Source: a virus. Taken from it: a DNA stretch of 64,000 nt. The DNA lies in IMG/VR virus record IMGVR_UViG_3300044700_000345, positions 16,983 through 80,982 of that record; one strand, given 5' to 3'. The notes under the pieces were generated by a model. It was not told where the DNA came from. It ran no database searches and was given only the letters and a program-made list of their open reading frames with translations. A program made the position numbers and the translations under genes. Each line of letters begins with the position of its first letter. Position 1 is the stretch's first letter. Below, in pieces: positions 55,539 to 64,000 of the stretch.

Positions 55539-55775
55539 TCAACGCTCCTGGAATCGAACCAGGTAATGTAAACCCTTGTCGGGTTGCCTTATCCTTTCGG
55601 CCTAGCGCTGAGGTGTGGGTCCCATCCCCACTGGATCCATCAATGAGGCTAATGGATGCAACCCCTCCGTATCAGCCGGATGGCACGCCGGATAGATGAC
55701 TTCCAGTTCAGGATGAATCGGGTGTGTCGCCTTTTAAACTATGTGTCTAACGCGCACAGGGACCCGATCTCTATC
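55539..55775 (-). ncRNA. Structured ncRNA ending in a tRNA-like domain (55540-55610)
   Basis: Acceptor CAGCGCT/AGCGTTG, D-arm GCC/GGC with GG, T-arm CCTGG-TTCGATT-CCAGG, aberrant anticodon arm; several upstream helices; TGtTAGAAT box at about 55782-55790. Confidence 0.6.
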
Positions 55776-55883
55776 AATCAGAATTCTAACAAAAAATCTC
55801 CGGGTGTCAAGCCGGAGAATAATAGATTTACTTACCGCTTCCATTCGGTTGTTACAGAGAAGTTGACTACTTCCGGTAGAAGT

Positions 55884-56087
55884 CTACAGCCCAGTTCGCT
55901 CTGTCACGGGTCCATTGAATTTACTCATGAGTTCATCCATGTGCTCCAGGGATTCGATGCGCATGAGGATGTCGGTCAATGTGTGAATGGTGATTGGCTT
56001 TTCGGTTCTTGCAGCAAATGCAAGAGCTTCCCGTAGATTGAGTGTGGCTGCATCTACGGAGTCTTTGACGGGTGTCGTTAGGGCCAT
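55884..56087 (-). CDS. Hypothetical protein
   Basis: MALTTPVKDSV...LREALAFAARTEKP. Confidence 0.55.
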   Translation of the reverse strand: MALTTPVKDSVDAATLNLREALAFAARTEKPITIHTLTDILMRIESLEHMDELMSKFNGPVTERTGL

Positions 56088-56127
56088 GGTTGGGGTAATA
56101 ATTTTTATTTTACAGTAGCAAGGGACT

Positions 56128-56769
56128 TTATTCTTCCCAAATCCAGCCAACCTGGTAGTCATCAAAGTACGGTTCACCGCCAAGGGCTTCGATGAGTTCG
56201 TAGACTAGGCGACCTTTACCTAGGCGTTTGCCTTCGGGAGTCACAATATTGTCATCAATTACAACAAGGGTTCCGGGTTTTAGGCAGTGACGTGCAGCAA
56301 ACAACTCTTTGAGATGATGAGCTGCCGGTTCGCAGTCACGGTTCCAGTCAGTAATGTTATATGAATCCATGTAGAGAAGGTCAATTTTACCCTCCAGGGA
56401 TGCAAGGAATTCTACTGAGTCTTGGCATACAACAATAGCGTGATCAGTTTCGGAGAATGCTAGGTCACAAGCTTTTTGTTCATTGTCTACTGACCAGAGA
56501 ATCCCGCCATGAGCAGCCACATACTGATCAAACAAAAGGGTTGAGCAGCCGTCGCCTTCGTAATTGTTTTCCTCACGGTATGTGCCAGTTTCAACAATGA
56601 CTGGCTCTCTAATGCCCCCCAGGTAGTCAAAGATTTGTTCAAAGGTGTTGGCGCGTTTGCCAAGGCGTGGTTTGATTTGATCCCAGTAGATATCCCAGCA
56701 TGTTAATTCGCTAGTTGTCGATTCGGATGTAGTCAATTTTTTGGTCTTTGAGGAGGATTTCGTGGGCAT
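56128..56769 (-). CDS. Class I SAM-dependent methyltransferase (Methyltransf_24-like)
   Basis: 'IVETGT', 'WSVD', 'DSVEFL', 'IDLLYMDS', 'LKPGTLVVIDD'. Confidence 0.8.
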   Translation of the reverse strand: MPTKSSSKTKKLTTSESTTSELTCWDIYWDQIKPRLGKRANTFEQIFDYLGGIREPVIVETGTYREENNYEGDGCSTLLFDQYVAAHGGILWSVDNEQKACDLAFSETDHAIVVCQDSVEFLASLEGKIDLLYMDSYNITDWNRDCEPAAHHLKELFAARHCLKPGTLVVIDDNIVTPEGKRLGKGRLVYELIEALGGEPYFDDYQVGWIWEE

Positions 56770-56863
56770 CTGCTTCGTCTAGAGCATAGTCATCAAATGC
56801 TAGCTTACGGAAGGTCTCTCCGTCTTCTTCGCCATAATAGAAACGGACGGTGTTGCTAACCAT
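56711..56863 (-). CDS. Small acidic protein, 50 aa (not in ORF track)
   Basis: MVSNTVRFYYGEEDGETF...YIRIDN*. Confidence 0.45.
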   Translation of the reverse strand: MVSNTVRFYYGEEDGETFRKLAFDDYALDEADAHEILLKDQKIDYIRIDN

Positions 56864-56902
56864 GATTTGTTGTTAGAATAAAACCAATATACAAGATTAT
56901 GC

Positions 56903-57736
56903 GTGGGTACCTCCAAGAATTCCAGCCTTAAGGTATGGGAACCCACGCTTCAGGTTCTGAATAAGAACCCTGTACGCATTACGTTGAATGGGAAAAGGCA
57001 CTATACTACACCGCTGAAGCAAGGTGCCGCGCCATCGGTTACCACAATTCTTTCGCAGACTGCATCAGAAGCAAACAAGCAAAAGCTTGAGATGTGGTCT
57101 AAGAATAATCCAGGTGTGAAGGAGGCTGCTGCCGAGAGGGGCACAGCTATACACTATGGTATGGAGTGCTACTTAAAAAAAATTGAACACGAAGTTCCAG
57201 CGGAGTATGCAGAGTTTTGGACGGGGATGCCAGGGATACTGGATCAGTTTGAAGAAATTATTTGGGCGGAATCCCCGCTACTGGAAGCACATCAATTCAC
57301 TGTGGGTGGCGATAATGTGGCTCGTGTTTGGGGTTGTGATGATCAAGGTCGCGCTTGGGCTGGCGCTCCTGATATTATTGGCGTGGTCGGTGGTAAGTTG
57401 ACGCTGGCCGACTTGAAGACTTCGGTTAAACCATATAGCAGAAGGTGGCCAAAAGATTTGGAGAAGGGGTCTCCAGAGTGGAGAGACCTGCTCGGTGGTC
57501 ACATGAAATTCAAAAAGACATGTAAACAATTAGCGGCTTACGATTTAAGCATTGAACAGACGTTGGGGATGAAGGTACAACAGGCAGCCATATTGGTATC
57601 AACTCCTGTGCGTACCCAGGTCTTTAAGATTTCACGGCGCTTCCTGGATATGTTGAGGACTGACTGGCTGGCAATTGTTAAGGAATACTACGCTCAGGTG
57701 AATGAATACGGGATGCAAGACCGAGATTTAATTTAA
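56903..57736 (+). CDS. PD-(D/E)XK exonuclease (Cas4/RecB-like)
   Basis: 'PSVTTIL', 'RGTAIH', 'AGAPD...ADLKTS', 'QLAAY'. Confidence 0.85.
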   Translation: MGTSKNSSLKVWEPTLQVLNKNPVRITLNGKRHYTTPLKQGAAPSVTTILSQTASEANKQKLEMWSKNNPGVKEAAAERGTAIHYGMECYLKKIEHEVPAEYAEFWTGMPGILDQFEEIIWAESPLLEAHQFTVGGDNVARVWGCDDQGRAWAGAPDIIGVVGGKLTLADLKTSVKPYSRRWPKDLEKGSPEWRDLLGGHMKFKKTCKQLAAYDLSIEQTLGMKVQQAAILVSTPVRTQVFKISRRFLDMLRTDWLAIVKEYYAQVNEYGMQDRDLI

Positions 57737-57791
57737 CATTTGCCTTTGGCTAGGGAGCTGTAGGATAAAAAGAACGACCGCCCCCAACCCC

Positions 57792-57977
57792 GTGGAGATC
57801 CGACTTTCAGTTGGTGAGTGGATGAATGCGCTCCAACGTCACATGGAAAATGCGACGGATGGAGATTGCTTTTTTCTTCCAACCGACATACATCTTCATG
57901 CTTATTGGCTAGTGAAAGAGGCCTCGTTCCCCCAACGGCAGTTTAAAGTAAAAAGAGTGGACCCCATCAACGCATGA
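57792..57977 (+). CDS. Small hypothetical protein
   Basis: Coupled to primase start. Confidence 0.5.
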   Translation: MEIRLSVGEWMNALQRHMENATDGDCFFLPTDIHLHAYWLVKEASFPQRQFKVKRVDPINA

Positions 57978-60631
57978 GCAGCGAAATTGTACAGGCCCTT
58001 CGGCCAGGCGAAATTAATCTTGGTTACATTCCTTTAGACTGGCCACTTACCCCACTGGGCGGCAACAAGAATCCTTATGTTGATGGTTGGCAAAATAAAC
58101 CTTTTAGTCTTCGGGAAATTGAAGAAGAGATTGCTGGTGGTCAATGCAAAGCCATTGGACTCATTGGTGGTCCTGTCTTCAACTTGCCTTATGGTTTGGT
58201 GTGGGTGGATGTGGATGGCTCAAGTGTATACCCCCTCATCGAAAAAATTACAAACAAAAGTTTTGCAGATGCCCTGCCAAGGACGCTAACTATTTGTAGC
58301 GGTAAGACTGGCAGGGAACGGCGCCTGTATAAGATTGCACGCGATAAGCAGTTGCACTTTGTTCGTAACAAATATACATGGACTGCTGAGGTAAAGGGCG
58401 AGAAGCTAGAGATCCTTTGGTCAAAGCACCAGGGTGTATTGATGGGTTTGCATCCGGAAACGGATGGATACTTTACGCCAGATGGGTTGGGTTATGAGTG
58501 GGCAATGAACCTTCCGGAATTTCCGGAGTGTTTGTTGAATGAGATTATTACCAAGAATGTAAAGCAAGGTGTACCTGCCAAAGAGGTGACCCGAATGGTT
58601 GGTCCGGGGTTTGTGGTGCAGGCTGAAATCTCCTTGGAGAGAGACATGCAGCTTGCCGTTGAAGCAATGCAAGCCCTGCCCGCAGAGGCAGCAGATGACT
58701 ATGACATCTGGCTCACCATTGGTCAATCATTACATTCACTAGATGAATCATTGCTTGAAGAGTGGGATGAATGGTCTAAGCAAAGTGATAAACACAAAGA
58801 AGGTGAATGCCACAAGCGTTGGCTTTCTTTTAGTAAAGGTGGTGGACGTGGCATTGGTTCATTGTTTTACATCGCCAAGGAAAATGGTTGGTCTCCCCCT
58901 GAAGATCACAAGGTAAAAAGCGTTGATGATGAGATGCTTGAACAATTGGCAAAACTTCCTACAGACACGGACACACAAGAGATGGACACAATTTTAGCTG
59001 TGCAAGCAGTCAAAGCAACAGAAGCAAAGCAAGCAGAACCTAAGGCAAAGCGCGGGCCAGGTAGGCCGCCACTACCTAAGACGGAAACAGTAAAGAAAGA
59101 AAGTAGGCGCAACGCTTCGGCTGATGTTGTTGCAGATGTAGTGCTGCAAATGTATGAAGACAATTTAGTGTTTAGCTTGAAGCATAATCAATTTTTTATG
59201 TATGAGCGAGAGGGACAAGGGCTTTGGTCTCCCATGAGTAAGGTTGAAGTGGCTGGAGATATCCGTAGCAAACTGCTACAAGTACGAAATAAGGGCGGAA
59301 TTATTGAGGGATTTAATACCAAGTTGATCAATGATGTGAACGATCAACTTCAATCGGCACTGTACTTTAAGGAGTGGTATGAAGGTAGTCGTTACCTTTT
59401 GTTTACCAATGGGGTACTAGATATTGAGACTAGGGAACTGCTTCCTTTTAATAGGGAACTGTACCTGACGCAACAACAACCATACGCATATGATTTGGCT
59501 GCCACTTGTGAAGAAATTGTTAAGTGGTTGAAGCATGTGCAACGTGATAGTTGGAATCGCACCCAAGTGTTAAGGGCCTGGCTGCGTGCAACACTGCTTG
59601 GTCGCTACGAAATGCAGAAGTTTGTTGAGATTGTTGGACCAGGAAAGTCTGGGAAATCAACCTACGCAAATTTAGCTGTAGCACTGGTGGGTAGGAAAAA
59701 TGTATATTCAACTGACTTTGAGAATCTAGAGAAGAACCGATTTGAGGCAGCCGGTTACATGGGTAAAAAACTCTTGCTGTTCCAGGATGCTGATAGATGG
59801 GGTGGGTCGGTCTCAAGGTTGAAAGCGATTACAGGTAGTGACTGGATTCGGTCGGAACGTAAGTATCAGAATGAGAATCAAGAGCCTTTCCAATTTAAAG
59901 GTGTCGTAATTATTACGGCAAACGAAGCTATTCAATCGACAGACTATACGTCAGGCTTGGCACGTCGTCGTCTTACTATTCCATTTGACCGACCGTTCAC
60001 GGGCGGGCCTAATGAACAAAGAGAATTGATTAAGTTCAACCAGAAGGGTGAACCGGAGGGAGATTTTGCTCCGTTGCTGCCAGGGTTGGTGAACTGGTTA
60101 TTGGATATGACGGAGGAAGAGATGCGGAGTTACCTGATGGAAACCTCCAAGCGGGTGGAGTTCTTTAAGAAGTATGAGAAGATGCAGAACCTGCGGTCCA
60201 ATCCGCTGCTTGATTGGCTGGAGCATAAGGTAATTTATGATCCGGGTGTTGCCAGTGCAATTGGTTTTACAAAGAATGCACCGATGGGTTCATCCAATAT
60301 TTATGCCAACCAAGACAAGTGGTTGTACGCAAGCTATGCAGAGTTTAGTAGGCAGTGCAATACGGGGGTCATGTCTCGTAGTCGTTTTGAAGTTTTGTTG
60401 ATGGATATCTTGACCCATCAGTTGGACTTGAAGGTGTTCAGTAAGCGCACTACTAGGGGAGTACGTATTATTAATGTGTCGGTACGGGAGTCTAGCCCTA
60501 AGTATGAGGGGTGGCCAAGCGTAGTAGAGATTTCGTCAGACCGACTGAAATACAAAGAATTTTATGGTATTGACTACAGTGCAGAATCTGATGTCAGAAT
60601 GGAAGATGATTTAGAAATCAGCGATGAGTGA
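57974..60631 (+). CDS. Primase-polymerase / PriCT-2 / D5-type SF3 helicase
   Basis: 'VDVDG', PriCT 'DYDIWL.IG..LH...WDEWS', AT-hook 'KRGPGRP', D5_N 'FTNGVLD', Walker A 'GPGKSGKST'. Confidence 0.9.
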   Translation: MSSEIVQALRPGEINLGYIPLDWPLTPLGGNKNPYVDGWQNKPFSLREIEEEIAGGQCKAIGLIGGPVFNLPYGLVWVDVDGSSVYPLIEKITNKSFADALPRTLTICSGKTGRERRLYKIARDKQLHFVRNKYTWTAEVKGEKLEILWSKHQGVLMGLHPETDGYFTPDGLGYEWAMNLPEFPECLLNEIITKNVKQGVPAKEVTRMVGPGFVVQAEISLERDMQLAVEAMQALPAEAADDYDIWLTIGQSLHSLDESLLEEWDEWSKQSDKHKEGECHKRWLSFSKGGGRGIGSLFYIAKENGWSPPEDHKVKSVDDEMLEQLAKLPTDTDTQEMDTILAVQAVKATEAKQAEPKAKRGPGRPPLPKTETVKKESRRNASADVVADVVLQMYEDNLVFSLKHNQFFMYEREGQGLWSPMSKVEVAGDIRSKLLQVRNKGGIIEGFNTKLINDVNDQLQSALYFKEWYEGSRYLLFTNGVLDIETRELLPFNRELYLTQQQPYAYDLAATCEEIVKWLKHVQRDSWNRTQVLRAWLRATLLGRYEMQKFVEIVGPGKSGKSTYANLAVALVGRKNVYSTDFENLEKNRFEAAGYMGKKLLLFQDADRWGGSVSRLKAITGSDWIRSERKYQNENQEPFQFKGVVIITANEAIQSTDYTSGLARRRLTIPFDRPFTGGPNEQRELIKFNQKGEPEGDFAPLLPGLVNWLLDMTEEEMRSYLMETSKRVEFFKKYEKMQNLRSNPLLDWLEHKVIYDPGVASAIGFTKNAPMGSSNIYANQDKWLYASYAEFSRQCNTGVMSRSRFEVLLMDILTHQLDLKVFSKRTTRGVRIINVSVRESSPKYEGWPSVVEISSDRLKYKEFYGIDYSAESDVRMEDDLEISDE

Positions 60632-60986
60632 TGGACGGCACTTAATTCTGGACCTGTACGGATGCAGTCCAGAAATCTTGGATGACTATGGCGAGCTTCA
60701 ACGTTTCTTGGAGATTGCGTTGGTGCTTGCCAAGGCAAACATCTTGAGGATTATCGGTGAGAAGTTCGAGCCTCAGGGGGTTACGCTGCTAGCACTGCTA
60801 TCAGAATCCCATGCCAGTATCCATACCTGGCCTGAGTTGGGTTATGCAGCAATTGATTTGTATACCTGTGGCGATACTACACTTACGCATAAGGCTGCTG
60901 AATTTTTAAAAGTAAAACTTAAAGCAACAACTGCGGACGAAAGAGAGTTACGTAGGTCCACAACATTGCCCAGTAATCTGCAGTAA
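60624..60986 (+). CDS. speD: S-adenosylmethionine decarboxylase proenzyme
   Basis: 'GRHLILDLYGC', 'FEPQGVT', autocleavage 'ESH', 'HTWPE', 'YTCG'. Confidence 0.92.
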   Translation: MSDGRHLILDLYGCSPEILDDYGELQRFLEIALVLAKANILRIIGEKFEPQGVTLLALLSESHASIHTWPELGYAAIDLYTCGDTTLTHKAAEFLKVKLKATTADERELRRSTTLPSNLQ

Positions 60987-61056
60987 ATCGGAAATTATCC
61001 GATCTTCCTTGGATTTGTTATAATTGTGAGGTAGCGAAGCGCTAACTTCCTACCTC

Positions 61057-61686
61057 TTGGCAACCACTACTACTGGTCACATGACTATCTTATCAGAATG
61101 CCCTGGAGAGGGCTACAAGCTGTGCAGAAAAAAACTGCACTGGTATCAAGGCAAAACATGTAAAGCCTGTCGCAATATCAAAGCTAATATTGATTATCAT
61201 GAAAAAGCTGCAAAAGGAATTGCATGGCATCAACAAAATAAAGAAGCGCATAACGCGGCGGGAAAAAAACAATATTGGCAAAACCGTGAACAAAGAAAAA
61301 ATAAATGGAAGGAGTGGCGCACAAATAATTTAGAACACGACTTGAAACGCAACCAAAACTACGCACAAAAAAATAAAGACGTAGTAAAACGCAAGGCGGC
61401 ACGTCGTAGGGCAAATAAAAAAACACAGACACCAGAATGGGCAAATCTTGAAAAGATTAGTTATGTGTATCGGAACTGCCCCGATGGTCACCATGTAGAT
61501 CACATCTATCCTTTAAAAAGCAATTATATGTGTGGTCTTCATATTGAAACTAACTTACAAATTCTTTTGAGTACTGAAAACATGTCCAAAGGCAATAGAA
61601 CTTGGCCCGGTCAGCTCGACTGTCAAAAGCTGCCAATATCGGTTATATTTTCTAAAGAGTTAACAAACTTATTAAATGACAACTAA
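61057..61686 (+). CDS. HNH homing endonuclease
   Basis: 'TPEWA...HVDHIYPL...CGLH...NLQIL...N.SKGN'; upstream TGtTATAAT and GAGGTAG/CTACCTC hairpin. Confidence 0.85.
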   Translation: MATTTTGHMTILSECPGEGYKLCRKKLHWYQGKTCKACRNIKANIDYHEKAAKGIAWHQQNKEAHNAAGKKQYWQNREQRKNKWKEWRTNNLEHDLKRNQNYAQKNKDVVKRKAARRRANKKTQTPEWANLEKISYVYRNCPDGHHVDHIYPLKSNYMCGLHIETNLQILLSTENMSKGNRTWPGQLDCQKLPISVIFSKELTNLLNDN

Positions 61687-62944
61687 AAAACCTAAGCTGC
61701 TTTGGGTTGGAGACATCGTGGCAATGACAGGATTTGCTCGTGTCACGGAAAATGTTTTAGAGCGTATTCGTAATCAATACGAAATCATTGTTCTAGGAAA
61801 CAATTTTTGGGGCGACCCGACACCGTTTCAGAGCAAGTACAAGATGTATCCGTCATCTAATCGTTTCCAGACGGCGCCCTTTGGTGAGGATCGCATCAGG
61901 GAAGTAGTAGAGAAAGAGAAGCCGGACATTGTGTTTACTATCAATGATATGTGGCTTATTAATGAGCAGTACAAGCGCATTAAAGATTTGCACGACCAGA
62001 AGCTATTTAAGTTTGTGGGGTATGCCCCCATGGATTCATATGGGTGGACTGGGTGCCTTGATGAGACCGCCAACAATTGGGATGGTGTTGTTTCGTATAC
62101 GGAATTTGGTGCGCACGAATTTATTCAAGGAGGAATCAAGAAGCCTATTACGATTATTCCACACGGTATTACGTCAAATCAGTTTTATCCAATTGATAAA
62201 TCAGAGGCGCGTAAGCGGCTTGGATTAAAGGACGATAGTTTCATTGTGTTTAATGGGAACAGGAATCAGTTCCGCAAACGTATAGATATTACGGTTGAGG
62301 GATTTGCAAAATTTGCAAAAGACAAACCGAACACGCAACTATATCTCCACATGGGACTAAAGGATCAAGGTTGGGATCTTATGCCTTTGTTTGCCAGGGC
62401 AATGCGTAGGGAAGGGCTTGATCCTAATGGTCGCATCATCCTTACAGCACAGACTCAGGGTCCTCCAAACGTGGAGGTTGACTTTCTTAATGCCATCTAC
62501 AACGCTGTTGATATTGGTGTCAATACCTGTAAAGGAGAGGGCTGGGGGCTGGTCTCCCATGAGCATGCAGCCTGTCGGGTAGCGCAGGTGGTACCAAACC
62601 ATACGTCATGCAAGGAGATCTTTGAGGGCTACGGACGCCTCATCCGTTGCGATCACGTCGATGTGGACACCAACTACGCAAGGGAGATGCCCTGCCCCTC
62701 CAGTGACCACCTAGCAGCCATCCTGACCGATCTGTACGAGGACCGGGAGAAGTTGGCGGCTACCGCTGAGCTGTGTTACCTGCGGGCCACGGAGGAGCGC
62801 TTCAACTGGGATACGATCGCACACCAGTTTGGCGAGGTGTTCCAGGAGGTGTTGAATCCTGTGAGCGAGACTCCTGAGACGCAACCTAAGAAGAAGAAGA
62901 AGGGTAAGCCGGTTAAGCGATCGGTTTACTCGGAAAGGCAATAA
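61676..62944 (+). CDS. Glycosyltransferase family 4
   Basis: 'TGFARV', 'RNQFRKR', 'YNAVD...EGWGLVSHE'. Confidence 0.88.
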   Translation: MTTKKPKLLWVGDIVAMTGFARVTENVLERIRNQYEIIVLGNNFWGDPTPFQSKYKMYPSSNRFQTAPFGEDRIREVVEKEKPDIVFTINDMWLINEQYKRIKDLHDQKLFKFVGYAPMDSYGWTGCLDETANNWDGVVSYTEFGAHEFIQGGIKKPITIIPHGITSNQFYPIDKSEARKRLGLKDDSFIVFNGNRNQFRKRIDITVEGFAKFAKDKPNTQLYLHMGLKDQGWDLMPLFARAMRREGLDPNGRIILTAQTQGPPNVEVDFLNAIYNAVDIGVNTCKGEGWGLVSHEHAACRVAQVVPNHTSCKEIFEGYGRLIRCDHVDVDTNYAREMPCPSSDHLAAILTDLYEDREKLAATAELCYLRATEERFNWDTIAHQFGEVFQEVLNPVSETPETQPKKKKKGKPVKRSVYSERQ

Positions 62945-62970
62945 CGGCCATTTATTAAGGAAACAAGTAG

Positions 62971-62996
62971 GCCTCCACATGAGTGGGGGCTTTTTT
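62971..62996 (+). terminator. Rho-independent terminator
   Basis: GCCTCCAC-ATGA-GTGGGGGC-T6. Confidence 0.75.
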
Positions 62997-63010
62997 GCGC
63001 CAGGAATTGA

Positions 63011-63270
63011 CCGACTTTACGGACTTTAGGTAGGGACTCTTGGGACTTTGCGGACTTTAGGGGTCGTCCTGAAAACTCTGCCTAAGGAAATTACAAGAAA
63101 ATTCAAAGTTGTAATGGTTGTGGTGTTTTGTAACGAGCATGAGAGGGTTAACACTTTGTAACAATAATGACAACTTGGAATTTTCTTGTAATTTCCTTAG
63201 GGAAAGTTTTTAGAAGAGACCCTAAAGTCCGACAAACACCCTCAAACTCTGCACATAACCCCTAAAGTCT
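63011..63270. repeat. Large inverted repeat with GACTTT iteron-like repeats (candidate replication origin)
   Basis: 24-bp perfect arms at 63081-63104 and 63178-63201 with imperfect extensions; GACTTT repeats on the left, AAAGTC on the right. Confidence 0.8.
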
Positions 63271-63271
63271 G

Positions 63272-63628
63272 GTGCTAGAGTCCAATGACACCACTCAGTT
63301 CGCCATGCCAGCTCCAGTAAAAACTCTTCCACCCCTGGAGGACCTACGGAAAATTGTTCGGTTGTCGGATTCCTACCCTTCGGGCCTGGAGTGGGCCGTC
63401 AGTGATCGTTGGCGGGAGGAAGGGAGGCAGGCCGGCGTACTCTCCACACCTAACCCCTACTACGTCGTCAGGCTCCTGGGAGGCAAGTATGTGGCCCATC
63501 GAATCGTGTACTACATGCGGACAGGCCGAGACACACGCAAGGAGATCCTGCACTTGTCGAGCAACCTTGACCGGGACAACCGCAAAGAGCTGGTTGAAAA
63601 CACCCGTGGTTCCAGGAAAGTAGGCTAG
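63272..63628 (+). CDS. Degenerate HNH-like protein
   Basis: 'YVAHRIVYYM.TG...ILH...DN' HNH_3-like pattern with altered catalytic residues. Confidence 0.55.
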   Translation: MLESNDTTQFAMPAPVKTLPPLEDLRKIVRLSDSYPSGLEWAVSDRWREEGRQAGVLSTPNPYYVVRLLGGKYVAHRIVYYMRTGRDTRKEILHLSSNLDRDNRKELVENTRGSRKVG

Positions 63629-63633
63629 TTGTC

Positions 63634-64000
63634 ATGGCAAACCTGTACCAACCATTTCAACCACAGCTTTTTCGTTTCGTTAGTCTTATTGACAACCTCA
63701 ATGAGACTCAACTTGAGAATGAGGGCTACTATCGTGGCTACCCATGCCCCCATGGGCACATCATTAGGGACATTGAACAACATTGGTGTTACCATTGCGC
63801 CAGAAAAATTGCTTCCAATGTTTGTGGTTTTGACGTAAACTATCTTCACAAAGCATACAAAGTAAGATACGCTACGCTTTGGCACCAAATTGATATCGGC
63901 CTGTCCCAGGACTGCTGGGAAATTCAAGGCGCTACTGAACGTACACCCAAGAGAATCTGTATTCCATCCTATAGATCTGATTACAGCAAACAAAAATCTG
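63634..64000 (+). CDS. Zn-finger/HNH-like protein (runs off window end; not in ORF track)
   Basis: MANLYQPF...CPHGH...WCYHC...DCWEIQG..., open to the end of the window. Confidence 0.55.
   Translation, partial: MANLYQPFQPQLFRFVSLIDNLNETQLENEGYYRGYPCPHGHIIRDIEQHWCYHCARKIASNVCGFDVNYLHKAYKVRYATLWHQIDIGLSQDCWEIQGATERTPKRICIPSYRSDYSKQKS

Noticed and set aside
55539-55775. tmRNA or amber-suppressor tRNA
   Set aside because: No tmRNA-type acceptor end or tag ORF; no CTA anticodon or canonical 7-nt loop
56903-57736. Cas4 as evidence of CRISPR-Cas
   Set aside because: Stand-alone phage PD-(D/E)XK exonuclease; no Cys cluster, cas neighbours or array
1-64000. Genome-wide TAG recoding
   Set aside because: Core genes are intact in code 11 and several genes end with TAG (for example 22455, 30686, 35910)

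Overview
The window is part of a lytic dsDNA tailed-phage genome, very probably a cyanophage. The host inference rests on an NblA-like gene, SpeD, ThyX, RlpA and AC-rich leaders without Shine-Dalgarno sequences. No integrase, repressor, CRISPR array or reverse transcriptase was seen. Layout: (i) 1-22141, minus-strand virion and packaging module with transglycosylase, M23 peptidase, adaptor, major capsid, scaffold, portal, TerL and many low-complexity internal or ejection-type proteins, but no recognisable sheath or tape measure; (ii) about 22.2-23.3 kb, strand switch and possible genome end; (iii) 23.3-49.7 kb, plus-strand early/middle genes including PcfJ-like, tRNA-Leu(TAA), ThyX, GP88-like, T7-type DNA polymerase A, SSB, SWIM protein and Gp157-like; (iv) 49.7-56.9 kb, fibre genes, Dps, two EndoVII/HNH genes, a structured tRNA-like RNA and a methyltransferase; (v) 56.9-64 kb, exonuclease, primase-helicase, SpeD, HNH, glycosyltransferase and a large inverted repeat. 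Best finding: a homing-endonuclease cassette whose neighbouring conserved gene (WS|ARKAQ motif) is interrupted by a 23-nt insert built like a ribosomal-bypass element (TCG, TAG stop, GNRA hairpin, GGAGG, TCG), closely paralleling the T4 mobA/gene 60 cassette. Also notable: ten covarying 5'-leader pseudoknots, a roughly 235-nt structured RNA ending in an aberrant tRNA-like domain, a signal-peptide-only micro-ORF and a 611-nt portal/scaffold dual-coding overlap. All family assignments come from motif recognition by eye; no database searches were run.
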